A stretch of DNA of 37,147 nucleotides from Veleropilina oligotropha (GCA_048128005.1 JBEUKZ010000091.1:1-37147), one strand, 5' to 3'. Shown: positions 17,775 to 32,470, counted from the stretch's first letter. Notes: generated by a model from the sequence alone, not told the origin. Made by a program: numbers and translations.

Positions 17775-20641
17775 CCTTTCATTATACACTCAAAGGAGAC
17801 ATAGAACAATTGTAGCATATATGAAGGACTTTCAAAATATGTTGTAAAATTTGCAGATTTTGATGGCGGCCATCTTGAATTTATAGTGAGCTTGGCCTTA
17901 CGGTGATGGAAAATAATATATTTTATATGTTCAAATTAGTGAAACTATTGATTTTATTGTATGTATTCATGCAATGGTATGTTTTATTGCTACTGAAATC
18001 ATTTTTGCTGAAAACAAATGGTAAAGTTATTATTGAGGAACAATTTAGGTCCATTGTCCATAGTGACGAAAATTACCAAATTCAAGATGGCCGCACCAAA
18101 TCAAGAAAAATGCAGCAAGATCACCACCATCTTTTCATTTTTGAAACTGGTTGCTCAAACAATGTACATACCATTTTCAGCATATATGAAGAACTTTCAA
18201 AATAAGTTGCGTAGTTTATCTAATTTGCATATGTAGATGGCGGCCATCTTGAATTTATAATAAGCTTGACTATACGATAATTGAAAACAGTATGATTCGC
18301 ATGTTCAGAGTAGTCAATATTTTGATTTTATTGTATATATTCATGCAAATGTATCTTATATTTCAAATAAAACTATGCTTACACAAAATAAACAGTGATA
18401 TGGGCACTGTTTACGTCCATCGTCCACGGTGACAAAATTTGCCTTATTTATGATGATAGCAACAAATCGAAAAATATGAAAAAAGACACCAATTACATTG
18501 TCGTCTTCAAAACTTCTTGTGTACAATGTCTAAATGCGCTTTTACATGTCCAGATGACAGCATTTGTAATCCAATAGGGTATGGAATCTTTCAAAACAAG
18601 GCACTGCACACATGGGAAGATCACATTGGCGATTGTCTTGTCTTGTCTGTCGCCTGCCACCCCTCACACTCCTGTCAGTACACACAATGCAGTCTGGTCT
18701 ACCGTCATCAATGTTTGTTGGAAAGTGTCGTTCCTGGAGTGTCTGTGGTCTATCTCCTACCATCGTGCGCCCAGGCCTTGGGTCTACGGGTCGATTGTAC
18801 CCCTCCAATAGTGAGATGCATATCTCTTGGATGAATCTCTTTAGTGGAACCGGCTTGTCGTTCTTCGAACAATAGAGAATGTGAGCATTCACCATGGACA
18901 CACTCAGCAGACAACTGACTATCCTAGGATACCACTTGATTGACTTATGGGGGAATAGGTAGGTTTTCATTCTTTGATCCATTTTATCGACACCTCCCAT
19001 GTATTGGTTGTATCTGTCCACACAGTAGGGCTTATTTACATCCCGAAATCCAGTGTCTGATTCCTTTGTACGGATCCGTTTCACGACACAATTGTTCCCA
19101 TGAATATTTGTCAGCATGGACAATCTTTTCAAATCATGCCAGGCAAGGGGTAACAGTTTCCCTTGTCGCATGAATACAGGATCGTCACCTTTTCAAAGTG
19201 GAAGGTTTGCTTTATTTAGTGCTTGGGGCAGACCACGGCGCTGTATGTCAACTGTCCCACACACCAGTTTCATTCTGTCCAAGTTCATTAGCCAAAGCCA
19301 CCCCAGAATAATAACTGTCAATGTATACGTCATGTCCTTTTCCAAAATAGGGCCTCGTCATTCCCCTGGCGATCCTATGGGTTATCAATGTACCACCGAC
19401 ATCATCTGCATCATCACCTCTCACATGTCCAGGGTTACCTTTTCCGGTGCTCAATAGCCAGTCTACAACATATGCTGACTTTGATTCTGATAGTACGTAT
19501 GCCTTGTATCACCACTTGTCTGGCTTGCTCTTATTATACTGCTTTATAATACTCCTGCCTTTAAATGCAATGGTCATCTAGGTCACCTAGGATAGTACAG
19601 TTGATTGAACTTTGTGATAAGAAGATCAATCACAGGGCGAATTTTGAACAAGCAATCATGCCCATCCTGACCACGGCGTATATAGTTGTCATTATTAGAC
19701 CAATGAAGAAAAGACAGAATCAATTCATATCTGTCCCTGACCATTACCTGTCCGTAACCTGGAGTTTCATTCAACCACCATTTTGCCCAGTAATCTTCAA
19801 TTTCTGATTTCTCACAGAGGCCCATTGAAAATGACAATGAGAAAAAGGCTTCCATTTCTGGAATTGCGATAGGGGTCCATTTACGGAAACGAGACTTTAT
19901 TTTCAGGGGGATGTCAGTATCGGGGCCGTGGGAATCCAAATACTGCTGAGCATATCTATTTGTTTCAGTTACAACATGATTCCAAAATTCGTCGGTCAAA
20001 TATAATAATAAAACGTCAATTGGAGATATATTATCAATATCAGCAGGTTGCCTGTTACTTCATTGAAATCTTTTATCCACGGCACGTAGTGTTCCTCTCC
20101 ATCAAGTCTGCCCCATCCTTCATCATGATCAAGAACAGACTGTCCGCCACGATTTCGTTGGCCCCTTCCTCTTGCAAGACCTCTTTGCCGCACTGGGTGC
20201 GCTCTAACCCTACCACGGCCACGCCCGCCTCTTCCGACGCCAGCCCGGTTCACACCGCTTGCCGCAGAACCATCTGTAGCTGCATGTACGTCAATCATAG
20301 GAGGTTGTACATACCCAGAATCATCGTCACTTTCACTATCTTCAATCTCCGAAAACTCCGGTTCACTGCCCGAATCGCTATCTGCGGCCACAATAAGCAT
20401 TTCCAAGGCCTGTTCTACAGTAAATTGTTTCTTAGCCATTTTCAGCTTTGAATTTTTAGCAAACTTTCCACATCTTTCAGTCACAAAAATCGGCAAAATC
20501 TTCAATAACAACACATGGGAAATTATTCACGAATCGAAACTGAGCTATACAGGGCGATTCTAGCCGCATATACGCACATGCTGTGATCTGATTACAATGG
20601 TCCACTCCTGTCGCCGTACGGCGACAGCCACGTCCAGGGGG
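17775..20641 (-). mobile_element. piggyBac-family DNA transposon, decayed
   Basis: TTAA at 17771-17774 followed by CC, and GG followed by TTAA at 20642-20645, around a fragmented transposase. Repeated gatggcggccatcttgaatttata motifs in the 3' arm. The left boundary is less certain. Confidence 0.75.
18542..20439 (-). pseudogene. piggyBac transposase (PGBD4-like), multiple frameshifts
   Basis: Acidic N-terminus; VVTETNRYA; MVRDRYELILSFLH; DCLFKIRPVID; HDVYIDSYYS; KPYCVDRYNQYMGGVDKMDQ; KWY; C-terminal Cys-rich CIVC...CDLPMCAVPCFERFH. Confidence 0.92.
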
Positions 20642-20783
20642 TTAATGATGTCTTTCGGTGATGATAGCACAGAAATCTACCCAGTGCATTAATGATTGCG
20701 CACTTAAGTGTTTTGCTGTGTGACGTTTGTATTTATACTTTCATTTCGCCAGAAGTCTAATTATACTGTGATGAAATATTCAT

Positions 20784-20893
20784 GTTGAAACAATGAAGCC
20801 ACGACAGGCATGGTTTAACAGAGTCTACAGTATTCGTTGAAAACATGACGCCACGACAGGCATGGTTTAACAGAGTCTACAGTATTAGTTGAA
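20784..20893 (+). repeat. Tandem duplication of a ~52-bp unit
   Basis: gttgaaa...gccacgacaggcatggtttaacagagtctacagtatt occurs twice. Confidence 0.85.
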
Positions 20894-21375
20894 AAGCGAC
20901 TTCGGGGTCCACCGCATGACATTGGACCACGAGGCGTTAGTCGGATGGAATAATGTCGTAAGGTATTCAATATTTCGTGATTACCAATATGTCGCTCAAC
21001 AATGACTTTTTCTTAGTTATAATTATATGTATAATCATATAATTATAAGTATAATCGGATTTAATATTACTATAGTCTTGAACAACAGCTTCCAGGCTAA
21101 CCGTTAAACGTGTACATTTTACAGGGTAGGGGCAGTATTGCAATATGAAGCGTTTGATTGACGTATAATGTCAGACAGCAGGACTACATAAAATGTGACG
21201 TGAACCATGCTTAACAATAATTTAACAATAGTTTTGCGAGAGATATTATAAGTTGTCGAGCGACGTCGCGGTAAACATGGTGCATTGAATTCCGCATAAC
21301 GTTAAACTACGAGGCGTTTGCCGAGTGGTTTAACGTTATGCGGTTTTCAAAGCAACGTGTTTACCAAGACGTTGA

Positions 21376-21452
21376 TGTGTGTGTGTGTGTGCGTGCGTGT
21401 ATGTATGTATGTATGTATGTATGTATGTATGTATGTATGTATGTCTGTGTGT
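21376..21452 (+). repeat. Compound microsatellite (TG)n/(TATG)n
   Basis: Read directly; it runs into the tgtatgtatttattagac motif of the first satellite unit. Confidence 0.95.
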
Positions 21453-24400
21453 ATTTATTAGACAATTATATGAGAGGCATAACATGGTTTTGTTTTAACC
21501 AACATATATTAACGCACTGGCATCGATGTTTACGGCCATGATCCATATCATATCAAGAACATATGAATTTTGTGTATCAGTTAAAATGTCATATCTCCCG
21601 ACGGGACTCGAACCCGCGATCCCTGAATACCGTCCAGGTGTGTTGACCACTAAGCTACGGGAACCGACGAGAAGCATGGCATTGGAACTGATACAAGTGA
21701 ACAGCAACGGTCGGCTCTGGCTTGTATGTATTTATTAGACAATTATATGAGAGGCATAACATGGTTTTGTTTTAACCAACATATATTAACGCACTGGCAT
21801 GATGTTTACGGCCATTATTCATATCATATCAAGAACATATGAATTTTGTGTATCAGTTAAAATGTCATATCTCCCGACGGGACTCGAACCCGCGATCCCT
21901 GAATACCGTCCAGGTGCTTTGACCACTAAGCTACGGGAACCGACGAGAAACATGGCATTGGAACTGATACAAGTGGCCAGCAACGGTCGGCTCTGGCTTG
22001 TATGTATTTATTAGATAATTATATGAGAGGCATAAGATGGTTTTGTTTTAACCAACATATATTAATGCACTGACATCGATGTTTACGGCCATTATCCATA
22101 TCATATCAAGAACATATGAATTTTGTGTATCAGTTAAAATGTCATATATCCCGACGGGACTCGAACCCGCGATCCCTGAATACCGTCCAGGTGCTTTGAC
22201 CACTAAGCTACGGGAACCGACGAGAAACATGGCATTGGAACTGATACAAGTGACCAGCAACGGTCGGCTCTGGCTTGTATGTATTTATTAGACAATTACA
22301 TTAGAGGCATAACATGGTTTTGTTTCAACCAACATATATTAGCGCACTGGCATCGATGATTATGGCCATTATCCATATCATATCAAGAACATATGAATTT
22401 TGTGTATCAGTTAAAATGTCATACCTCTCGACGGGACTCGAACCCGCGATCCCTGAATACCGCCCATGTGCTTTGACCACTAAGCTACGGGAACGGACGA
22501 GAAACATGACATTGGAACTGATACAAGTGACCAGCAACGGTCGGCTCTGGCTTGTATGTATTTATTAGACAATTATATGAGAGGCATAACATGCTTTTGT
22601 TTTAACCAACATATATTAACGCACTGGCATCGATGTTTACGGCCATTATCCATATCATATCAAGAACATATGAATTTTGTGTATCAGTTAAAATGTCATA
22701 TCTCCCGACGGGACGCGAACCCGCGATTCCTGAATACCGTCCAGGTGCTTTGACCACTAAGCTACGTGAACCGACGAGACACATGGCATAGGAATTGATA
22801 CAAGTGACCAGCAACGGTCGGCTCTGGCTTGTATGTATTTATTAGACAATAATATGAGAGCCATAACATGGTTTTGTTTTAACCAACATATATTAACGCA
22901 CTGGCATCGATGTTTACGGCCATTTTCCATATCATATCAAGAACATATGAATTTTGTGTATCAGTTAAAATGTCATATCTCCCGACGGGACTCGAACCCG
23001 CGATCCCTGAATACCGTCCAGGTGCTTTGACCACTAAGCTACGGGAACCGACGAGAAACATGGCATTGGAACTGATACAAGTGACCAGCAACGGTCGGCT
23101 CTGGCTTGTATGTATTTATTAGATAATTATATGAGAGGAATAAGATGGTTTTGTTTTAACCAACATATATTAACGCACTAACATCGATGTTTACGGCCAT
23201 TATCCATATCATATCAAGAACATATGAATTTTGTGCATCGGTTAAAATGTCATATATCCCGACGGGACTCGAACCCGCGATCCCTGAATACCGTCCAGGT
23301 GCTTTGACCACTAAGCTACGAGAACCGACGAGAAACATGGCATTGGAACTGATACAAGTGACCAGCAACGGTCGGCTCTGGCTTGTATGTATTTATTAGA
23401 CAATTATATGAGAGGCATAACATGGTTTTGTTTTAATCAACATATATATTAACGCACTGGCAACAATGTTTACGGCCATTCTCCATATCATATCAAGAAC
23501 ATGAATTTTGTGTATCAGTTAAAATGTCATATCTCCTGACGGGACTCGAACCCGCGATCTCCTGATTACTGTCCAGGCGCTCTGACCACTGAGCTACGGG
23601 AACCGACGAAAGACATGCCATTGGAACTGATAGAAGTGACCAGCAACGGTCGGCTCTGGCTTGTATGTATTTATTAGACAATTATATGAAAGGCATAACA
23701 TGGTTTTGTTTTAACCAACATATATATTACTGGCAACGATGTTTATGGCCATTCTCCATATCATATCAAGAACATATGAATTTTGTGTATCAGTTAAAAT
23801 GTCATATCTCCCACGGGACGCGAACCCGCGTTATCCTGAATACCGTCCAGGCGCTCTGACCACTGAGCTACGGGAACCGACGAAAGACATGGCATTGAAA
23901 CTGATACAGCAACGATCGGCTCTGGCATGTATGTATTTATTAGACAATTATATGAGAGGCATATAATGGTTTTGTTTTAGCCAACATATATTAACGCACT
24001 GGCATCGATGTTTGCGGCCATTATCCATATCATATCAAAAACATATGAATTTTGTGTATCAGTTAAAATGTCATATCTCCCGACGGGACTCGAACCCGAG
24101 ATCTCCTGAATACCGTCCAGGCGCTCTGACCACTGAGACACGGGAACCGTCGAAAGACATGGCATTGGAACTGATACAAGTGACCAGCAACGGTCGGCTC
24201 TAGCTTGTATGTATTTATTAGACAATTATATGAAAGGCATAACATGGTTTTGTTTTAACCAACATATATATTACTGGCAACGATGTTTACGGCCATTCTC
24301 CATATCATATCAAGAACATATGAATTTTGTGTATCAGTTAAAATGTCATATCTCCCACGGGACGCGAACCTGCGTTATCCTGAATACCGTCCAGGCGCTC

Positions 24401-27400
24401 TGACCACTGAGCTACGGGAACCGACGGAAGACATGGCATTGAAACTGATACAGCAACGATCGGCTCTGGCATGTATGTATTTATTAGACAATTATATGAG
24501 AGGCATATAATGGTTTTGTTTTAGCCAACATATATTAACGCACTGGCATCGATGTTTGCGGCCATTATCCATATCATATCAAAAACATATGAATTTTGTG
24601 TATCAGTTAAAATGTCATATCTCCCGACGGGACTCGAACCCGCGATCTCCTGAATACCGTCCAGGCGCTCTGACCACTGAGTTACGGGAACCGACGAAAG
24701 ACATGGCATTGGAACTGATACAAGTGACCAGCAACGGTCGGGTCTGGCTTGTATGTATTTATTAGACAATTATATGAGAGGCATAACATGGTCTTGTTTT
24801 AACCAACATATATATTAACGCACTGGCAACGATGTTTACGGCCATTCTCCATATCATATCAAAAACATGAATTTTGTGTATCAGTTAAAATGTCATATCT
24901 CCCGACGGGACTCGAACCCGCGATCCCTGAATACCGTCCAGGTGCTTTGACCACTAAGCTTCGGGAACCGATGAGAAACATGGCATTGGAACTGATACAA
25001 GTGACCAGCAACGGTCAGCTCTGGCTTGTATGTATTTATTAAACAATTATATGAGAGGCATAACATGGTTTTGTTTTAATCAACATATATATTAACGCAC
25101 TGGCAACAATGTTTACGGCCATTCTCCATATGATACCAAAAACATATGAATTTTGTGTATCAGTAAAAATTTCATATCTCCCGACGGGACTCGAACCCGC
25201 GATCTCCTGAATACCATCCAGGCGCTCTGACCACTAAGCTACGGGAACCGACGAGAAACATGGCATTGGAACTGATACAAGTGACCAGCAACGGTCGGCT
25301 CTGGCTTGTATGTATTTATTAGACAATTATATGAAAGGCATAACATGATTTTGTTTGAACCAACATATATATTAATGCACTGGCAACGGTGTTTACGGCC
25401 ATTCTCCATATCATATCAAGAACATATGACTTTTGCGTATCAGTTAAAATGTCATATCTCCCATGGGACGCGTACCCGCGATATCCAGAATACCATCCAG
25501 GCGCTCTGACCACTGATCTACGGGAACGGACGAAAGACATGGCATTGAAACTGATACAGCAACGATCGTCTCTGGCATGTATGTATTCATTAGACAATTA
25601 TATGAGAGGCATATAATGGTTTTGTTTTAACCAACATATATTAACGCACTGGCATCGATGTTTACGGCCATTATCCATATCATATCAAGAACATATGAAT
25701 TTTGTGTATCAGTTAATATGTCATATCTCCCGACGTGACTCGAACCCGCGATCTCATGAATACCGTGGAGGCGCGCTGACCACAGCTACGGGAACCGACG
25801 AAAGACATGCCATTGAAACTGATACAAGTGATCCAGCAACGATCGGCTCTGCAGGGCATGTATGTATTTATTAGACAATTATATGAGAGGCATAACATGG
25901 TTTTGTTTTAACCAACATATATATTAACGCACTGGCAACGATATTTACGGCCATTCTCCATATCATATAAAGAACATATGAACTTTGTGTATTAGTTAAA
26001 ATGTCATATCTCCCGACGGGACTCGAACCCGCGATCTCATGAATACCGTGGAGCCGCGCTGACCACAGCTACGGGAACCGACGAAAGACATGCCATTGAA
26101 ACTGATACAAGTGATCCAGCAACGATCGGCTCTGGCATGTATGCATTTATTAGACAATTATATGAGAGGCATAACATGGTTTTGTTTTTACCAACATATA
26201 TATTAACGCACTGGCAACGATGTTTACCGCCATTCTCCATATCATATCAAGAACATATGAATTTTGTGTATCAGTTAAAATGTCATATCTCCCGACGGGA
26301 CACGAACTCGCGATCTCCTGAATACCGTCCATGCGCTCTGACCACTGAGCTACGAGAACCGACGAAAGACATGGCATTGAAACCGATACAAGTGATCCAG
26401 CAACGATCGGCTCTGGCATGTAAGTATTTATTAGACAATTATATCAGAGGCATAACATGGTTTTGTTTTAACCAACATATATATTAACGCACTGGCAACG
26501 ATATTTACGGCCATTCTCCATATCATATCAAGAACATATGAATTTTGTGCATCAGTTAAAATGTCATATCGCCCGACGGGACTCGAACCCGCGATCTCCT
26601 GAATACCGTCCAGGCGCTCTGACCACTGAGCTACGGGAACCGACGAAAGACATGGCATTGGAATTGATACAAGTGACCAGCAACGGTCGTGTCTTGCTTG
26701 TATGCATTTATTAGACAATTATATGAGAGGCATAACATGGTCTTGTTTTAACCAACATATATATTAACGCACTGGCAACGATGTTTACGGCCAGTCTCCA
26801 TATCATATCAAGAACATGAATTTTGTGTATCAGTTAAAATGTCATATCTCCCGACATGACTCGAACACGCGATCCCTGAATACCGTCCAGGTGCTTTGAC
26901 CACTAAGCTACGGGAACCGATGAGAAACATGGCATTGGAACTGACACAAGTGACCAGCAACGGTCAGCTCTGGCTTGTATGTATTTATTAGACAATTATA
27001 TGAGAGGCATAACATGGTTTTGTTTTAATCAACATATATATTAACGCACTGGCAACAATGTTTACGGCCATTCTCCATATCATATCAAGAACATATGAAT
27101 TTTGTGTATCAGTAAAAATTTCATATCTCCCGACGGGACTCGAACCCGCTATCTCCTGAATACCGTCCAGGCCCTCTGACCACTAAGCTACGGGAACCGA
27201 CGAGAAACATAGCATTGGAACTGATACAAGTGACCAGCAACGGTCGGCTCTGGCTTGTATGTATTTATTAGACAATTATATAAAAGGCATAACATGGTTT
27301 TGTTTTAACCAACATATATATTAACGCACTGGCAACGATGTTTACGGCCATTCTCCATATCATATCAAGAACATATGAATTTTGTGTATCAGTTAAAATG

Positions 27401-30400
27401 TCATATCTCCCACGGGACGCGAACCCACGATATCCTGAATACCTTCCAGGCGCTCTGACAACTGATCTACGGGAACCGATGAAAGACATGGCATTGAAAC
27501 TGATACAGCAACGATCGGCTATGGCATGTATGTATTCATTAGACAATTATATGAGAGGCATATAATGGTTTTGTTTTAACCAACATATATTAACGCACTG
27601 GCATCGATGTTTACGGCCATTATCCATATCATATCAAGAACATATGAATTTTGTGTATCAGTTAAAATGTCATATCTCCCGACGGGACTCGAACCCGCGA
27701 TCTCATCAATACCGTGGAGGCGCGCTGACCACAGCTACGGGAACCGACGAAAGACATGCCATTGAAACTGATACAAGTGATCCAGCAACGATCGGCTCTG
27801 AAGGGCATGTATGTATTTATTAGACAACTATATCAGAGGCATAACATGATGTTGTTTTAACCAACATATATATTAACGCACTGGCAACGATATTTACGGC
27901 CATTCTCCATATCATATCAAGAACATATGAATTTTGTGTGTTAGTTAAAATGTCATATCTCCCGACGGGACTCGAACCCGCGATCTCATGAATACCGTGG
28001 AGGCGCGCTGACCACAGCTACGGGAACCGACGAAAGACATGCCATTGAAACTGATACAAGTGATCCAGCAACGATCGGCTCTGGCATGTATGTATTTATT
28101 AGACAATTATATGAGAGGCATAACATGGTTTTGTTTTAACCAACATATATATTAACGCACTGGCAACGATGTTTACCGCCATTCTCCATATCATATCAAG
28201 AACATATGAATTTTGTGTATCAGTTAAAATGTCATATCTCCCGACGGGACACGAACTCGCGATCTCCTGAATACCGTCCATGCGCTCTGACCACTGAGCT
28301 ACGAGAACCGACGAAAGACATGGCATTGAAACCAATACAAGTGATCCAGCAACGATCGGCTCTGGCATGTAAGTATGTATTAGACAATTATATCAGAGGC
28401 ATAACATGGTTTTGTTTTAACCAACATATATATTAACGCACTGGCAACGATATTTACGGCCATTCTCCATATCATATCAAGAACATATGAATTTTGTGCA
28501 TCAGTTAAAATGTCATATCGCCCGACGGGACTCGAACCCGCGATCTCCTGAATACCGTCCAGGCGCTCTGACCACTGAGCTACGGGAACTGACGAAAGAC
28601 ATGGCATTGGAACTGATACAAGTGACCAGCAACGGTCGGGTCTGGCTTGTATGCATTTATTAGACAATTATATGAGAGGCATAACATGGTCTTGTTTTAA
28701 CCAACATATATATTAACGCACTGGCAACGATGTTTACGGCCATTCTCCATATCATATCAAGAACATGAATTTTGTGTATCAGTTAAAATGTCATATCTCC
28801 CGACGCGACTCGAACACGCGATCCCTGAATACCGTCCAGGTGCTTTGACCACTAAGCTACGGGAACCGATGAGAAACATGGCATTGGAACTGACACAAGT
28901 GACCAGCAACGGTCGGCTCTGGCTTGTATGTATTTATTAGACAATTATATGAGAGCCATAACATGGTTTTGTTTTAATCAACATATATATTAACGCACTG
29001 GCAACAATGTTTACGGCCATTCTCCATATCATATCAAGAACATATGAATTTTGTGTATCAGTAAAAATTTCATATCTCCCGACGGGACTCGAACCCGCGA
29101 TCTCCTGAATACCGTCCAGGCGCTCTGACCACTAAGCTACGGGAACCGACGAGAAACATGGCATTGGAACTGATACAAGTGACCAGCAACGGTCGGCTCT
29201 GGCTTGTATGTATTTATTAGACAATTATATAAAAGGCATAACATGGTTTTGTTTTAACCAACATATATATTAATGCACTGGCAACGATGTTTACAGCCAT
29301 TCTCCATATCATATCAAGAACATATGAATTTTGTGTATCAGTTAAAATGTCATATCTCCCACGGGACGCGAACCCGCGATATCCTGAATACCTTCCAGGC
29401 GCTCTGACAACTGATCTACGGGAACCGACGAAAGACATGGCATTGAAACTGATACAGCAACGATCGGCTATGGCATGTATGTATTCATTAGACAATTATA
29501 TGAGAGGCATATAATGGTTTTGTTTTAACCAACATATATTAACGCACTGGCATCGATTTTTACGGCCATTATCCATATCATATCAAGAACATATGAATTT
29601 TGTGTATCAGTTAATATGTCATATCTCCCGACGGGACTCGAACCCGCGATCTCCTGAATACCGTCCAGGCGCTCTGACCATTGAGTTACGGGAACCGACG
29701 AAAGACATGGCATTGAAACCGATACAAGTGATCCAGCAACGATCGGCTCTGGCATGTAAGTATTTATTAGACAATTATATCAGAGGCATAACATGGTTTT
29801 GTTTTAACCAACATATATATTAACGCACTGGCAACGATATTTACGGCCATTCTCCATATCATATCAAGAACATATGAATTTTGTGTATCAGTTAAAATGT
29901 CATATCTCCCGACGGGACTCGAACCCGCGATCTCATGAATACCGTGGAGGCGCGCTGACCACAGCTACGGGAACCGACGAAAGACATGCCATTGAAACTG
30001 ATACAAGTGATCCAGCAACGATCGGCTCTGCAGGGCATGTATGTATTTATTAGACAATTATATGAGAGGCATAACATGGTTTTGTTTTAACCAACATATA
30101 TATTAACGCACTGGCAACGATATTTACGGCCATTCTCCATATCATATCAAGAACATATGAATTTTGTGTATTAGTTAAAATGTCATATCTCCCGACGGGA
30201 CTCGAACCCGCGATCTCATGAATACCGTGGATGCGCGCTGACCACAGCTACGGGAACCGACGAAAGACATGCCATTGAAACTGATACAAGTGATCCAGCA
30301 ACGATCGGCTCTGGCATGTATGTATTTATTAGACAATTATATGAGAGGCATAACATGGTTTTGTTTTAACCAAAATATATATTAACGCACTGGCAACGAT

Positions 30401-30640
30401 GTTGACCGCCATTCTCCATATCATATCAAGAACATATGAATTTTGTGTATTAGTTAAAATGTCATATCTCCCGACGGGACTCGAACTCGCGATCTCCTGA
30501 ATACCGTCCAGGCGCTCTGACCACTGAGCTACGGGAACCGACGAAAGACATGGTATTGGAACTGATACAAGTGATCCAGCAACGATCGCCTCTGGCATGT
30601 ATGTATTTATTAGACAATTATCTGAGAGGCATAACATGGT
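21440..30640 (-). repeat. Tandem array A: ~33 units of ~270-283 bp, each with a tRNA-like element on the minus strand
   Basis: Recurrent ORFs at 277-bp spacing. Every unit has a version of ctcccgacgggactcgaacccgcgat...gctacgggaacc. Several unit subtypes. Confidence 0.95.
21869..21940 (-). ncRNA. tRNA-Thr-like element, representative of array A (not a canonical tRNA)
   Basis: GTTCCCG TA GCTTAGTGGTCAAAGC A CCTGG ACGGTAT TCAGG GATC GCGGG TTCGAGT CCCGT CGGGAGA. A box, B box, D/anticodon/T stems and a TTTT shortly downstream. It lacks U33 and the 1-72 pair. Confidence 0.7.
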
Positions 30641-30980
30641 ATGTATGTAAATATGACGAATGACCGTATACATCGTTGCCAGTGCGTTAAATATATGTTG
30701 GTTAAAACAAAATCATGTTATGCCTTCTATATAATTGTCTGATAAATACATACAAGCCAGAGCCGACCGTAACTGGTCATCAAGTATCAGTTTCAGTGCC
30801 ATGTATATCGTCGGTTCCCGTAGCTTAGTCGGTAGAGCGCCTCGACGGAATTGAGGAGATCGCGGGTTCGAGTCCCGTTGGGATATATGACATTTTAACT
30901 GATACACGAATTTCATATGTTATTTAATAATATTATGATATGACGAATGACCGTATACATCGTTGCCAGTGCGTTAAATA

Positions 30981-32470
30981 TACTAGCGGAAAAAAGTAAC
31001 TGTGCAACCTAAAAATTCGGATAAAATTAACACCGCTCAATATTTTAGCCTGATGTTTTACACAGTTGACCAGTGAATGCACCGCCACACAATCGCTGGG
31101 TCAATGCCGTATTAGCACGTGCTGTTTGACTTCTTGGACAAAGGTATGTTTTTCACGCTTTTTCCGCCCAAAATATTACTGCTCCAGTTTTTGTCGACTT
31201 TGCAACTGCCGAGTCATTGTTTGGCAACCGGGGGAACAGAAAAGCAGGTTTTTTCGGATGAAAGTGATCGTAGAGCAATGCCCAGGATAAATGAAAATGA
31301 CCGCCTTCGCGCAATTGGTATGGTCCAGGCTGGTATGCTCCATCGCGCTGTTGCTACGCAATTTGGTGTCCACATAAACACTATTCAGGCTTTGTGGAGA
31401 CGTTTTCAACAATTTGGTAATGTCAGAGACAGACCACGTGCAGGTCGTCCACGCGTGACGTCACGACAGCAGGACAATCATATCAGACTCGCGCACCTCA
31501 GGAATCGCTTCCAAACGGCAAGTCTGACAGCTCGGACCATTCTTGGATTGTGTGCCATCAACCCCAGAACTGTACGAAATCTATTACGTGAACAGCGTAT
31601 CCATCCGCGACGTCCGGCTCTCCGTCCAGTTTTGCTAAGACGCCATCGTGTAGCACGTCTGGCTTGGTGTAGAAGACACTTGCGCTCTAATCGCCGAGAC
31701 TGGGCGGGTATTCTGTTTACGGACGAGTCAAGGTTTCACTTAGACAGCAGCGACGGCCGTTCCATAGTCTATCGTCGTGTTGGAGAACGTTTTAGTGACG
31801 CCTGTGTTGTGGAGCGACGTGCATTTGGCGGTGGCAGTGTCATGGTTTGGGGTGGCATCACGTCAACTGGGCGAACACCTCTTGTGGTCATCGATGGCAA
31901 TTTGAACGCCGTACGCTACCGTGACGAAATTATACAGGCTCACGTCATCCCATTTGTGCAAGGATAGCAACGTCATATCATGCTTCAGCAATACAACGCT
32001 AGACCTCATGTCGCCCGGGTGGTAAGGGATTTTCTAGCGCTGCAGAACATCATTGTGTTGCAGTGGCCTGCAGTCTCACCCGATCTTGCACCAATCGTCT
32101 GGGATGAGATGCAACATCGTGTACGTGCGCTGCCTAACCAGCCGGTGACATTAGCAGCGCTGGGTCAGACGTTAGTCCAGATCTGGCATTCGTCAACAAT
32201 TTGGTAAGCTCTTTGAGGCGAAGGTGCCAGGCCAGCATCGAAGCAAACGGTGGCCATACGCGCTATTAACTTTGTGAACTCGTTTTTGACCCCCCTTGTC
32301 TTTCATCCCCAATACCAATGAAATGACGGATGCTGTGACATTTTAAATGAATTGAAGTTTTGCAGAATTGCCTAATAAACAATTCTATTTCATCGATTTA
32401 TCTTTTTATGTCTTGAAATTATATTTTTATCAACATGATAACAATGCACAGTTACTTTTTTCCGCTAGTA
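30981..32470 (+). mobile_element. Tc1/mariner element, copy 1 (1490 bp)
   Basis: 26-bp TIR tactagcggaaaaaagtaactgtgca. The TA duplication is confirmed by empty sites in neighbouring units (gttaaaTAtatgttgg). Confidence 0.95.
31278..32269 (+). pseudogene. Tc1 transposase, inactivated
   Basis: Paired-like HTH, GRPRVT, FTDESRF, VMVWGGI, WPAVSPDLAPI and GGHTRY*. Lesions: TAG stop at 31965-31967, QQDNA>QQYNA, loss of the catalytic E (APIVWD) and a late frameshift. Confidence 0.93.

Noticed and set aside
21869..21940. Functional tRNA-Thr(GGT) or tRNA-Ser(GGA) genes
   Set aside because: No U33, purine at 32, unpaired 1-72 and no long variable arm for Ser. Eukaryotes normally use A34/I34 for these codon boxes.
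31119..31277. Tc1 transposase N-terminal extension from GTG
   Set aside because: The HTH domain starts at MPRINEND (31278); the upstream frame is non-coding leader.
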